Assembly (NCBI GenBank): GCA_963693365.1
Contig: CAVNZM010000011.1
Span: forward strand, 62,001 to 126,000
Reading direction: 5' to 3'
From: Amoebidium appalachense
Taxonomy: Eukaryota; Protista; Ichthyosporea
Length of the DNA: 64,000 bases
Shown here: positions 36,088 to 49,738 of the stretch, in pieces
Numbering within the stretch: the stretch's first letter is position 1
Layout of the letters: each line of letters starts with the position of its first letter
Translations under genes and position numbers: made by a program
The notes under the pieces: generated by a model
What the model saw: the letters and a program-made list of their open reading frames with translations, nothing else
Told to the model about the DNA's origin: nothing
Databases searched by the model: none

Positions 36088-38312
36088 TCATCTGCAGGTA
36101 TTTGGGTGTATTGGGGTAGCCCCGGCCACAGGTGGCCTGAAGCCATACTCCCTGGGGCTGAAGTTGGTGGGAGGCAGGGGCCCCCTTGGCTGGTCCTGCT
36201 GGGCCCACATGGCCAGGGTATCGTGGTCGTAGGCCCTGCATGCATCTATGAGGGTGGGGTAGATACCTAGGCCCCTAACCATCATCAGCACTGGCTGGGT
36301 GGCCATGTCCACCATGGTGCCGCATGTCATGGTTAGGCGCAGTGCCTGGTACATGCTGCGCCCTGATTGGTCCCTCTTCAGGGCCACACCAAGACACCTG
36401 TCCACCGTCACCTCCTCCCTAGTCAGGTAGTCACTCTCAGTCGGGTGGTTGAGATGCAGCAGTCTGTCTCTCTTGCCCACCCCACACACCCTCACGGCCT
36501 CATCTCTAACCCTAGCTGCCTCTATCTCTGTGCCATACTGGCCCAGATTATACATGGCCCCCTTGAGCTTGAGTGCTGCACGCCATGGTGGGCCCTTGTT
36601 GATTGGCAGGTAGTACACCCCCTTGTATGCCGATGATTTGATGCGCTCTGTCCTATTGGCCCACCAGTCCCGCACCCAGTTCATGTCCTCATTGGTGCGG
36701 CTGAATGGGGCCAGGCTACCCAACCTAACGCATGTAAGGTCCTGGTACTGGGCCGGCAGCATGCCCTCCTGCATCAGATAGGAGATGGCCACATCCCTGT
36801 GCCGTGCCGCCACCTCGGCACCACCAAACAGGCCCACAGGCACCCTGCCTATGGTGGCCAACCACAGCCCCACGGTGCCGTCCCACCTGACCCCCCAGTG
36901 GCTGCTAAGTGGTTCCTTGGCTGTGGCTGCGCGTAGGCCCCTTAGGAGCCAAAGGGCACGTGGGAGTGCCTGCATGGACACACAGGGTCAGAATCGCAAG
37001 ATTGGCTGTGAAAAGGGAGGACGGGTACGGATGCCCGGGGGGGGGGGGGGGGGGGGTTATGCTTTCCAGAGGGGGTTATGACGGTAGGCCCCTCCCTGAA
37101 GTTTCAGGTGCGGAGGGAGGGAGGAAAAGGGAGCCGGGGGGGGGGGGGGGGGGGGGCACCAACATATTAGAGCTCCTTCATTGCCCCCTACATACGTAAT
37201 GATCGATGTTATCAAACAGGGGAGTGAGGGGAACCCACCGGGGCAAAAAGGGAAGGAGGGGGGGGGGGGGGGGGGGACAGAAGAGGGGAGATACGCGCAA
37301 GAGAGAAGAGAGAAAGAGGGGGTCGGGGAGAGACACAGAGAGAGAGACGTAGAGGGAGACAGACAGACAGACAGACAGACATACAGACATTCACACACAT
37401 ACACACTCATGCACACACGCGCACACACAGACGACACACACACACATCCTATTGACGAAGACTTGCACATGAATATCTCTGTGCATTGCTGGGTGGGGAG
37501 AGAGGAAATGTAAAAGAGCAGCCCCCCCCCCCCCCCAAAAAAAAAAAAAGAAGAAGAAAGAAAAAAGAAAAAAAACCCCCACACACACGCTCATACACAC
37601 AGTCATCCGCACCCACACACAAAAAGGGCCCATCACCTTCACTGAGAAACAAGGAGAGGGAAAAAACAGATCATGGAAGCAAAAGGGGTGTGTGGTGTTG
37701 GTGTTGGTGGTCTCTGTGTGTGTGTAGTTGTGTGTGTGTGTTTGGGGGGGGGGGGGGGGGGGGGGGGGGAGGGGGGGAGGAGTGTTGCTCTTACCGGGTG
37801 GCCAGTCACTGAAGGTGTTTTCTTTGGAATGTTGTGTGTTTGGCCAATTCCATGGCAGTGTGTGCCTGTGGAGGTGGGGTGAGTGCTGCATCCCCCCCCC
37901 CCCCCCCCCCTCCTCCCTCCCCCCTCCCTCCCTTCCCCCCCCCCCTCCCTCCCCCCCTCCCCCCCCCCCCCCCCCCGCCGTCCCCCGTTATTAAGCTGTG
38001 GGGATGTCTAGGTTATTAAAACTTGGCGGTGGTTGTGTGTGTTCACGGTTTGCCAATTTAGGTGGTGTAGGTGTGCAGCCATGTATGTGCTTCCTTGTGT
38101 GTATGTAAGCAGTATCCGTATGTTCCATTGCCCAGCAAGTGTGTTTGTCGATAACAAGAGCAGGGCAGCTACCCACCTCTCCTCGGGGCCCAGGCATGCA
38201 GTGGCCGGGTGTGTGCTGGCTGGCTGCTGCGTGCAGCCAATAGGAGACCCTGCCAGAAACAGCGACCCACCAGTCAGTCTAAACTGATTGTGGCAAGGCC
38301 AGGTGCTGGCCC
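36088..38312 (-). CDS. Protein with three AP2/ERF-like DNA-binding domains; last exon 36969-36088, probable upstream exons 37885-37795 and 38312-38177, start not located
   Basis: SSHWGVRWD..W.A.I...VGLF...EVAARHRDVA; SSAYKGVY...WRAAL...YNLGQYGTEIEAARVRDEA...LNHP; CLGV...LGIYPTLIDACRAYD...TNF. The upstream exons have GT-AG borders and join in one open frame (phase 2, then 0). Confidence 0.8.
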
Positions 38313-39849
38313 CTAAAAGAATAAAAGCAGAAGGGCAGGAAGTGGGGTGTGGGGTGGGGTTGTGGGGGAGGGGGGTGGGGGGGGGGGGGGGTGGGAGAGC
38401 AACGAACTAAGGTAGGAGATGGTTACAGGAAAGGGGTGTGTGCATATGTGTCTCGATTTTGTTACAGGTGCCTCATTTATTGGAGTGTGAATTGCAGATG
38501 GACGGACGGTGGAGGTGTGAAAAAATGTGCCTGAAAGCATGGAAATGTGTATGTGAGTGATTGTGTGTGTTCTTGGAGTGGAGGTGGCTGCGTGGGGAGG
38601 GGGGACGGGAGGGGGGGAGGGAGGAGGAATGGTGGACGAAGGGGGCGAGGGGGGGGGGGGGGGGGGGGGGGGAAGGGGGGAGGAGAGCACTTCCGTGAGT
38701 GCAGGCCTGAGTGTGATCGGGTGGCGGAAAGAGAAAGCGAGCGCCAGGGAGGCAGAGTTGGATTGGCCTGGCTGTAAGTAAACTCGTAGGCAGGATGTGG
38801 AACTCGGGGAAAAAAAAGGCAGTGCGTGCTCAGAGCTGTGTCTTGATTGGGCTGCTGTGTCCCCTACAAACGGCCACACACCGGCAGACTATATGAAGGA
38901 GAATGGGGAGGGGGGTAGACATACCAGTACAGCCCGGTTGGGTTGCAGGGACGTAGGCGTTTGCTTTTCGCTCAAGCCAACCGGCCGCATTAACCTTCTA
39001 TGCAGCATCCTGGGCTGGCGAAAGGGCTGCCTGATGGGGGGAAAAGGATAGGTTGTCGTGGGGCACAAAACAGGGCTATGTTCTACGTTCTGTGTAGCTA
39101 CGCGTACGTGCGTGTAACTCTTCCCCGCTGTGTTCAGAGGGCGGTGCACTTCCCTATGATATGGCAATTGGAGGGTTTTCATTGGGGAGCCACTTTCATC
39201 CAATCCATCATGTTCGATCTAGTTTGCACCCTTCTGAGAAAGCATGCTGTGACCACGTGCCAATCACATATACGTATTTCTTTTTTCTGCATACCACTCT
39301 TCATCCCCCACACTTAGCTTTTTTTTCGCGCTTTTTTCGCACCACACACTGCCTCTTTGTTTTTTGGCGCCAACACTTTCCGCGCGCTTTTGTAAATAAA
39401 CAACGGACCGTTTTCTATTGCCTCGCCTACAAAAAGCCGTTTTTCAAAATGCTGTGGCGCTGTGCACTGCCGCTCGCGCTGGCCGCAAAAGAATGGCCGC
39501 AGCAGCTGTCGCTTACCGTCCTCTGGGTAGTATATCACCTGTCATTTCTGTCACCTCGCTTAGCTGGAGTAACAGAAGTTACAGAACTGACTTAAACTTC
39601 TTGCAGATACTTGGCCGTTCCACCCCGGTGGCTGCAGGTCATCTGTGCCCCTCCCAGGTAAAACAGCTACATACACTTGCCCAGCGCCACCGCGGGAACC
39701 TTTTGATATTTTCGTTTAAAAATTTAAATTATTACTAATCGACCCCAAATTGGCGGTTTTCCAGAAAACAACGAATTCGGAGGGGTGCTAGAAAGGAAAT
39801 AAGGTGTTCTACGTGCTCAGCGCTATCGATTTATCATTGAAACTTTTTT

Positions 39850-42637
39850 TTTTCGTTTGACTGGATTTATTCAACGGAAAGATATGCAAGTATGCACGGC
39901 ATACGGAGAAGACAATAAAAACTTCACGAGTTATCCAGTAACAAGTGCATACTGAGATACCTGAACACTGTGTGAAAATCATATAAATACTCAATGTGAC
40001 GACCAACAGAATTCAACAAAAAGTCTAAAGTGTTCACATTGCCAGCTAGTGTAGCAGATACCCGCAGGGAAAGAGGTAAAACGCGACATAAAAATTCACA
40101 CCTATCAACATGCTTGCGATTAAAAAGGTCAGCACAAAAGTGGCACCAGCGGCGATGAAAACAAGAATTACAGCGCCACTGCACAACTTCCCAGGCAATA
40201 TCAACATCAGAGCACCATACAGACTTATCTACTAGGGTGGTATCCATACGTACAGCAGGAGAAATGTATCCTGCTAAAGCTCCCAAAAAGCGATAATGAT
40301 CAGTACGGTGTTTCCTAAGGAACATAACACATGCCGACTGAGTTTTACCTTTGATTTCTCTATCAGAACGAGAAAGAAACTTATACTGCGTATGGTAATC
40401 ATGCGAAAAGGCAGAAAAAACAGGAAGAGAAAAGAAAGAGGGAGTGAGATAGCGAGAGGAAGAATCAGGTGGAAAGAGGGTAGGCTGAGGACATTCAGAA
40501 GTAGCGTTGGTGAATCGGGGGGGAAGAGGGATGGAGGGAGGGGGGGGAAAGAAAGCATAAAGAGGGTGACCATCAGGTAGCCTAACTAAATGAAAACAAA
40601 AACGAAGAGACAATTCCTCCATACGACAAACAGTAGACGACAATCCAAACATACTGATTAAGGGAGGCACAAACCGAGTACGAAACAAAGTGCGTAGCGC
40701 AGTACCCTGAAAATCGTCGAACTCTTTCAGCGCCATTGCCGCCTCGCGAGGTGGGGCGCAGGCCAATAGCGGAAGTCCATATTCGAAAGTCGGCCGTAAA
40801 AAAGTTTTATAGTAGAGAAGAAGGTTCGCAGGATGGATCACAGACTCCTGTTGAAACATATTTGACACGATGTGAAGCTTACCCTTTGCACGAGTGATCC
40901 GTGCCGTGAGGAGCTTGCGGAAATCAATACCCCGTGCAGTAAAAGGAATACCCAAATAGTCATAGGTGCTCTGAACAGGAATAGGAAGGCCGGCCAATCG
41001 AAAGGAAGTGTTCTTCGAAAAAGTAGCACACTTTGCAATTCCGACTGACATGAGATTCTCGGTGCACCATTGATCCACCTGACGAATCATCTGGTGCATG
41101 ACATCTTCGGTTAAGGAACAAAGAACAATATCGTCCGCAAAAAGGAGACCCGGTACACGGCGGGTATGCAGTTGGCCAAAGGGTTCGAGGGCGCAGGCTA
41201 AATCGTCAATGAAAACGTCAAACAACAACGGACTCAGGAGGGACCCCCGGAAGAAGACCCCGGGAACGGGAAAAACCGGGTGTTAATGTTCCATTGACCG
41301 CCGCTCGTCCGCAAGTGGTATCGAACAACGCTTGCAGAAGACGGCCAAAGGGGGCTGGTAAGCCCCGCATAGCCAGCTTAATAATATGCCATAACAAACC
41401 AGTGGGTACGGTGTCGTAGGCGTTCTTAAGGTCGATGAAGACAACGTGTGGAGAGCCAGAAGTAATGGATTCATGGAGTAACAGACTGTGAGTATAACAC
41501 GAATCATTGATAGGCATGACGAAAGCCCCCTTGAAGGGAAGAAAGACGGAACACGGCGTTTAAAGAATCGTCGGTGTTAAACGCGCGAAGCATGCAACCC
41601 TCGAAGAGCCGACGAAAAACATTGGTAAGTGTGACGGGACGAAAGTCGTTAATGACCCCCTGCGATACCTTCTTACGAACGGGCGTAACGATTGTGTCAA
41701 GCCACGAATTTGGAATAAACCCGAGTTCGAAAAAAGCCGAAAAAAACTCACTAAGAAGGACAGCAAAAGGCGGGGGCGGGGGGGACTCTGCACGATTACG
41801 GGGCGGAAGCACGGGAGAAAGAACCTTGAAAAGCACGGGAGGAAGAGCATCCGGCCCGCACGCCTTGCGGGGTTTTAACGCCCGTATAGCACCAAAAACA
41901 GCCGAAGAGTTGAAATAACTATGAAAAGTGCCCGGGAACGATCGGTCCGGCTCCCAACTTGGCGGCTGGGAAAGGCCAGCGGGCGGTGATGGAACCGTGG
42001 ACACGTTAGGAAGCGAAAATAGGGAAGCATAATAGTCATCCACGGATTCAGCAACGGAGATGGAAGGAGACGGGGCATAGACTTGCACGGAAGGCCCAAA
42101 CCGACCGGCGGATTTCCAGACCGATAATGCTTCCTGTAGAGGCAACAACTGTCGTAGAGACTGCAAAACGTGAGAGAGTCTCAGCCGAACGGAAGGGTAC
42201 TCAACCGTGCCCACCATCTGCTCGCCAAGGGCAAATAGGAACTCAACAAACTCATTATAACAAACCTCCAAAAGAGCCGGGTTCCGCTGCGCACGGGCGT
42301 CGCGCACTGCGGCAAGAAAGAAGCCATGAACCGACTCATACTCCTTGACAGCGAGTAACTGGTTTAACTTGTGCTTGAAACCGCGAGATAAGAGGCGGCG
42401 GTTAGTCTGAGTAGCCCCGCCGAAGTGAACAGGGAAGGAAACCGAAAATTCTACAGGGGAATGGTCCGAACTACGCCGTAAGGAATCGGGTGGGGAAATT
42501 ACTCGAAGGGTGGAGTCCCAAAACGAGGCACCCCAGTCAGTCGCGTGGGTAGCGAAAACGCGAGGAAGACGGACAACGTGCTTTCGAAGAAGGTTGGCGA
42601 GGACACGAGCACGGTCAGAAAAAGGACGAAACTGTGA
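39850..42637 (-). mobile_element. 5'-truncated non-LTR retrotransposon (APE C-terminus, reverse transcriptase, C-terminal Cys/His knuckle) with two frameshifts and a 14-bp TSD
   Basis: SDHSPV (APE end), KACGPD, DFRPVTL, QGGFR, FIDLKNAYDTV, GSLLSPLLFDVFIDD, LLFADD, YDYLGI, CHFC...RKHVDRC. Frame breaks near 41510 and 41250. A-tail at the 39850 end; attgaaactttttt at 39836-39849 and 42638-42651. Confidence 0.95.
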
Positions 42638-42738
42638 ATTGAAACTTTTTTCAGAATTAAAAATTTTGAAAATTCGGTTCGCAAATGGCTGACACATTTA
42701 GAACCCCCCCAGGGGGGTCAAATTACAATCGAAAATAT

Positions 42739-43615
42739 TTTTTCTTTTGACTGGATTTATTCGACGGAAAGATATGCAAGTATGCACGGCATACTGAGAA
42801 GACAATAAAAACTTCACGAGTTAGCCAGTAACAAGTGCATACTGAGATACCTGAACACTGTGTGAAAATCATATAAATACTCAATGTGACGACCAACAGA
42901 ATTCAACAAAAAGTCTAAAGTGTTCACATTAATTGCCAGCTAGTGTAGCAGACACCCGTAGGGAAAGAGGTAAAACGCGACATAAAAACTCACACCTATC
43001 AACATGCTTGCGATTAAAAAGCTCAGCACAAAAGTGGCACCAGCGGCGATGAAAACAAGAATTACAGCGCCACTGCACAACTTCCCAGGCAATATCAACA
43101 TCAGAGCACCATACAGACTTATCTACTAGCCTAAGGGTGGTATCCATGCGTACAGCAGGAGAAATGTATCCTGCCAAAGCTCCCAAAAAACGATAATGAT
43201 CAGTACGGTGTTGCCTAAAGAACATAACACATGCCGACTGAGTGTTACCTTTGATTTCTCTATCAGAACGAGAAAGAAACTTATACTGCGTATGGTAATT
43301 ACGTATAATAACGCGAAAAGGCAGAAAAAACAGGAAGAGAAAAGAAAGAGGGAGTGAGATAGCGAGAGGAAGAATCAGGTTGAAAGAGGGTAGGCTGAGG
43401 ACATTCAGAAGTAGCGTTGGTGAATCGGGGAGGAAGAGGGATGGAGGGAGGGGGGGGAAAGAAAGCATAAAGAGGGTGACCATCAGGTAGCCTAACTAAA
43501 TGAAAACAAAAACGAAGAGACAATTCCTCCATACGACAAACAGCAGACGACAATCCAAACATACTGATTAAGTGATTAAGGGAGCTCGAGGCACAAACCG
43601 AGTACGAAACAAAGT
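42739..43615 (-). mobile_element. Second 5'-truncated copy of the same LINE with 8-bp TSD
   Basis: Near-identical to about 39850-40690 with small insertions; gaaaatat at 42731-42738 and 43616-43623. Confidence 0.93.
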
Positions 43616-43821
43616 GAAAATATCCATTAACTATCCAAATATATCCCGATAATCCCCTGGGAGGTTATGACAACCCCCGATGAGAGATGTCACACATGTA
43701 ATGACACGTTATTCCCCCTGCGCCTTGGGGAACTCGGTATCTCTTCACACAGCATTATGTAACAGCCTGAAAAGTCACTTTATTCAGTCCCACATATGTA
43801 CTAGAGCCTTATATGATGCAT

Positions 43822-43880
<59 letters not shown>

Positions 43881-44073
43881 CCCCATACATCACACACACA
43901 CATATGCATTGGCAGACACACCACTGATGACATCTCTCCGTGTCCCTCTCTCTCTACAGTTTAAATTTGTGTGCGTGTGTGAGTATGTATGTGTCATATG
44001 TGTGTGACTGTGTGTGTGTGCGTGTAACATTGTGTGTGTTGGTGGTAGTGGTGGTGGTGGTGGTGGTGGTGGT

Positions 44074-44116
<43 letters not shown>

Positions 44117-44879
44117 CTTGCACGGCCGCTTTTTATTATGATGCAGAGGAACGAGACTTTTTGTGGGGTGTGAACCTGTGACCAGCACAGGTCACACCCC
44201 AACTAGGCATCAGTTTAATCAATTAAATATATACATACTTATTAATTAATAATATATATGTACAAAAAATTAGCCAGAAAGTGCGTCCTCGCTGCAGGAC
44301 TCACCCTCGGAATCACTAGCTACATCAATAAGCACTTGATTAAATACACGCCGGTGACTCTTATACTTTTTCACTGCTTTCATTGTTTATTCGCACTTTC
44401 ATTGTTTATTCGCAAGTAACCAAGTCCCAGTATGACAGTGTCATTGCTGAGTCCAAAAAACCCAAGGGCAGCCCGGGCTCTATGGTGAAGAAGTGGATTT
44501 TTTTTTTTAAAACCTTGAAGTTCAAAATTCTCATGCAAAAAGGTCGCATTCTGTAACTTGGCAAACCCGCATGTCACATGTAAGCATTTGTGCATTAAAG
44601 GACGGGGCCATACAGGGTGTATGGCTCCATAGCTATATCTGTAACCTAATAAACGTGGTGGGCAAGGTGCACGTGTGTGCATACACGTCCAACTACAGAG
44701 CTTTGCAAGCACTCCCAGGCCGCGGGCAGCCTGGAGCGTGACCCGAATCGGTCCGGGCTGACCCGATTCGGGCCGGGTCGGGCCGGCTTGATGACGCAAT
44801 CGGGTCGGGCCGGGTCGGGTTGGAGGGGGGTCAGATTGGCGGTATTGAGCTACCACCTACTGAAGCGGTGAGGCTCCTT

Positions 44880-44924
<45 letters not shown>

Positions 44925-45397
44925 CTGCCGCCTGAAGTAGATGTATAACGTCGCACGTGCGGCAACACGCCAGTACGTGTTAGGGTTTTGAGTTAGCCAC
45001 GCCATTCGACAGGTCTCGTCAAGGGCGTTCGATCCATCCAAAAAAAATTGAAATCGGCCGGTGGGAAGTATTTTTTTTTATTTTTTATTTCTTGGAGGCC
45101 GGTAGGCTTGGGGCACCATAGCGCGGGCTTTGTGTTTGCGCTACTTGTGGAGCGCGCTGCTCCATGCCCCGCATGACGTCACAGGTCGATTAGAACGATG
45201 TGCACGTGCAAGTCGCCTGTGGCACAGGGCAGCAGGGGAACGGGCAGAGCTTCCGCAGCATTAGACAAGTAGACAAGGTCGCTTAGCAGTAGGGCGAGTG
45301 CATACAGGCATACAGGCACGCAGGCAGGTAGACAGACAGACAGACAGACAGACACACAGACAGGCGCACAGGCAGGCAGGCAGGCAGACCGACATAC

Positions 45398-45430
<33 letters not shown>

Positions 45431-45434
<4 letters not shown>

Positions 45435-46562
45435 TGCGCAAGCTGCGGCACCACGAGCAGAAGCTGCTCAAGAAGGTCGACTTTCTGCAGTGGAAGAGCG
45501 ACAGCAACCAAAAGGAGGCCGAGATCATACGGCGCTACCACATCCACAAGCGCGACGACTACAAGAAGTACAACCGCCTGGTCGGTATGGCCCGCAGCCT
45601 TAGCTCAAAGCTGGCCGAGCTGGAGCCACAGGACCCTGTGCGCCTGGAGACCACCGACGCCCTGCTGACCAAGCTGTACAACATGGGCGTGTTGCCCACA
45701 AAGAAGAGTCTGGTCAGCTGCGAGAAGCTCACGGTGTCGGCCTTCTGCCGCCGCCGCTTACCAGTGGTCATGGTGCGCGTCAAGATGGCTGAAACGGTGC
45801 GTGTGCCTGTGCCTGCGCTGTTTTGGGGGTTATGGCTCATCGTTCCGTTTCCACACCTACACTCTGTAGTCAAGGTCTTCATATTCTTTATTCAATTTTC
45901 ACCTCAGTCCCCCCCTCCCGCACAACACGCGCGCATGTAGGGTTCTTCCGCACACCACACGAGGTTATGTACGGGCATGCAGCTAACAGCACGTGCACAA
46001 GAGACCATCACAACTGCACAACTGCACCACATAACCACAAAGCGCACACACACTCATACACAGGGTTGCACTCATGTTGTGCATCACACGAGGCGCATGA
46101 ATATGCGCTTACGTGTTTGCGCACCCATACATTTCAGACACCACATACGACTCGAACCTTGTTAAGCACCAAGACACACGAGACACGACCCCCCCCTCCT
46201 CCCCCCCCCCCCCCCCCCTCCCCACACACACACACAAACAAAAAAGACAAATCAAGAAGTTTCACAGAAGAGCACTTGCTCCCACCACGTACTGTGTGCT
46301 CACACCCCAGCAGAGCGCAACCCTAGTGCTTGCACGCACCCCCTGAGACCACCCCCCCAGTGGCCCTGCCTATTTCCTGCCCCTTTTTTGTGTCTGTGTG
46401 CTGGTGTTTGCAGGCCACTCTCTCTGCTGACCTGTGTGTGCTGCTGTTTGGTTTACACTATACAGTGTTCCACAGCCTAACCCAACCCTCCCCCTCCTCC
46501 CCCCCCCCCCCCCCCCAAAAAAAAAAAAAAAAAAAAAAAAAACCCGGTCCCTCACTTCTCCT

Positions 46563-46594
<32 letters not shown>

Positions 46595-47530
46595 CCTCCC
46601 CCCCCCCCCCCCCCCCCCCCCCCCTTGGGCCCTCCCCGAGGATGGGTTCTGCTTATGACATATACTGTGGGAATTGCTGATGTTGCATACTTGAATGTTT
46701 GCCTTTGCAGGTGTCCTGCACCATGCTTCTCATCGTGTATGCATACGTCGTACCGTGTTCCGCTTTCAACCCCCCTCCTCCCCCTCCCCTTCCCCCCCCC
46801 CCCCCCCCCCCTGGCGCCCCGCGCGTTGGCCCACATCTTTTTGCATGGAGTGTGACGTTCTCATGCACTGCCCACTACCTCCATCGCACCCAGCTTCTTT
46901 TCCCGCCTGTGTGTTGCCTGACCTGCCTTACAGGTGTCAGCCTATACAACTACCTATCCTCACCCACCCACTTCCTTCCCATCATCCCCCCCCCCCCCCC
47001 CCCTCCCCTCCCCCCTTCCTTCCGCCCAAGCCAAATCATTTTTCTCGGGTAATGTGGGTGTCTTGGGCACCCACGGTGTGGGCTTGGGGTCTGCTGATGA
47101 TGTATACTGTTCTTGTGTGCTGTGCAAACTCGACTTTGTTTTGTTTGTTTTGAATACGTACTCCGCACTCTGAAACACATTCTTACCCAGGTTTAAATGT
47201 GTAGTGTCTATTCTATACCGCAATCACCCCCCCCCCCCCCCCCCCCCCCTTCCCCCCGGAAAGGAAAGAGGCTGGACGCTATCCAAGTTGCAACCCCCCC
47301 CCCCCCCCCCCTCCCCCCAAGTAATTAACGGTGCCCCCCATGTACAGGTCAAGGAGGCCACGCAGCTGGTCGAGCAGGGCCATGTTCGGGTCGGGCCAGA
47401 GACCGTGACGGACCCGGCATTCATGGTGACCCGGGCCATGGAGGATTTTGTGACGTGGGTGGACACCAGCAAGATCAAGCGCCACGTGATGAAGTACAAC
47501 GACAGGCTGGACGACTATGACCTGCTCTAG
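45431..47530 (+). CDS. IMP3: U3 snoRNP protein IMP3; exons 45431-45796 and 47348-47530 (182 aa)
   Basis: [18 protein letters not shown]...[21 protein letters not shown]|[60 protein letters not shown]; GT-AG intron in phase 0. Confidence 0.98.
46624..46780 (+). repeat. Dispersed ~160-bp intronic element, copy B (IMP3 intron)
   Basis: cttgggccctccccgaggatgggttctgcttatgac...ccgtgttccgctttcaacccccc; aligns with copies A, C and D. Confidence 0.88.
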
Positions 47531-47584
47531 GGGGGGTGGTAGCACGCACATAATCATATACAGACACAGATATACAAAGGTGCA

Positions 47585-47722
47585 CTCGCATATATGATCA
47601 CACAGGTATGCACATATATATATACTTGCATATATGATCACACAGATATGCACATATATATACTCGCATATATGATCACACAGATATGCACATATATATA
47701 ATCGCATATATGAACACACATA
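47585..47722. repeat. ~39-bp tandem repeat downstream of IMP3, ~4 copies
   Basis: Unit gcatatatgatcacacagatatgcacatatatatactc. Confidence 0.85.
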
Positions 47723-48638
47723 GGTAGACCACACAGATATCCACATCCAGATGCCACACAGATATAAAAAGAACTATCCACAGGAAATGTGGATAACCAT
47801 GCCAGCACCGTGTTAGAGATACCCTCATGGATATATTCCATATCTGTGGCCGACCCCCCCTCAGGCTATAGCTAGGAGGTGGGTCTAGGGCACTGGGGCC
47901 CGTGGCTTTGGTGTGGGGTGTGTGAGGTAGGGGTTAGGTTTGCACATGTAGTGAAGCTCAACATTTTCGAATGGTGGTTTGGCCACAGGCACTGCGAATG
48001 AACTTGGTGTAGGGCCAGGTGCCCACACACACATACACGGAGTAGGAGGGGGACGCCACGATGGCCTGTAGTAGCTACAGGCGCAGACGTGACGACTGCA
48101 CGTGCACAGGCACACACATGTGCACACATGTGATATTGTGCACAGGCACACACATGTGCATGCAGACAAGTACACGCAAAAAAACGGGGCGGTGGGGGGA
48201 GGGGGAGAGGGAGGGGACGCGCTATGATACGCACCCAGTTACCGGCACACGGGCCACATGTGAATTCGAATGCTGCGGCACACAGAACCACACACACACA
48301 CATACACACGTGCGAACCACGCACACACAGACACACATACACACACGCACATGCAAGCCACACATACACACACTTTTACACGTGCAAACACACACACACA
48401 AACACAAGTCGTGCCCACACACATGCACATAATCATGACACATCAGCACAGATGTGCTATGATGACCAGAGCCCAGGGTGCACCCTGTCACGTGACCACA
48501 CAACATTTCTTAGCATGATTCTTCATTGGCACTGCACCCTGTCACGTGACCAGCACGCAACCCACCCCATCCTATCCCACCGACACGCACGGCCATGCCA
48601 AGACACGTGCCCCAACAGTGCATGCACATGTGTGTTTA

Positions 48639-48942
48639 AAGGGGGTTTCTTTTAGCTTTTCGGGCCGGGTCGAGTCAGAGGCGATTCTAGCTATTTGATT
48701 GGCATGCTGCGCATCAGCTGCGCACCATCGTCTTGCCGGCAGCAAGATACACATGCGATTTAATACATTGTCAACAAAACAGAAAAAGAAAAGAGAAAAA
48801 AAAGAAATGAAGAAGGGAAGAATAATAATAATGTGTTTGGAAGAAGATTGCATGTTCATATTATGATTTATATTTTGAGTAAATGGCTTGACCCGGATGT
48901 GCTGAAATGGGGACAATTAATCGGCCTAAAAGAAACCCCCTT
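48639..48942. mobile_element. MITE with 17-bp TIRs flanked by TA (Tc1/mariner-like)
   Basis: ta|aagggggtttcttttag (48637-48655) and ctaaaagaaaccccctt|ta (48926-48944) are perfect inverted repeats around an AT-rich interior. Confidence 0.7.
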
Positions 48943-49280
48943 TACCATGCAGACATGTTTCACAGAGCCCTGCCTTGTGATGCAGGTGCACACCTTGTAG
49001 GGCAACGTGGCTGTGTGCACCATACATGGCCTATTACTCTATGAGGCATGCAGGGGAGCAAAGGGCCCCCACAGGCAGCGCATGCACATTGCCTGTAACC
49101 TCACCCAACATCAAATCTTGACCATAAATGGTGTACTGCTTACATGACCACTTATGGGATGCCGGTATGTGCTCGTCCTCACTTGCACATATGGCAAGAC
49201 CTCTCACATGCCCTACGTATACCAGGCACAGCCCAGACTTTCCATATATGGTGCCCCTCACTTGCCATATATGGTGCCCC

Positions 49281-49691
49281 TCACTTGGCCACATATGGCT
49301 GCAGTGCCGCAGCCAGTGCCGTTGCCTTCTCCCTGACCTCATCCCCCCCAGCAGCCTGCAGCTGGCCACACCTCTCGACCAGCCACGGCCCATCCTGGAG
49401 ACTGGCCGGGCCCACCTCCCCTGCAGGTGCATTCGAGCACAGATGTGTGTGTACATGTGCACGAGTACATGTGTGTGTGTGCGGGTGTGTGCATGTGAGT
49501 GCCCGTGTGTGTGTCATGTGTGTGTTGCAAGCATCGGTGGGGATCACTAGCTTTGGACGGGTAAACAATTTTTGGATGTATGTGCGTGTGTTAAATATCC
49601 ATACATTTGAATACATTTGTGGGCATGCCTCTCACGTGTGCATGTGTGTAACTACACGGGCATGTGTGTATGCATGTGTGTTTCGGCGGCG

Positions 49692-49738
<47 letters not shown>

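Noticed and set aside
36920-36981. Mitochondrial presequence MQALPRALWLLRGLR on the AP2 protein
   Set aside because: The ATG lies within a CTGAC...TGCAG acceptor and upstream exons join in frame, so it is probably intronic.
44270-44370. tRNA or tRNA-derived SINE on the minus strand
   Set aside because: Only a degenerate B-box-like string; no cloverleaf.
44728-44825. Transposon end with gggtcgggcc subterminal-like repeats
   Set aside because: No partner TIR or TSD found in the window.
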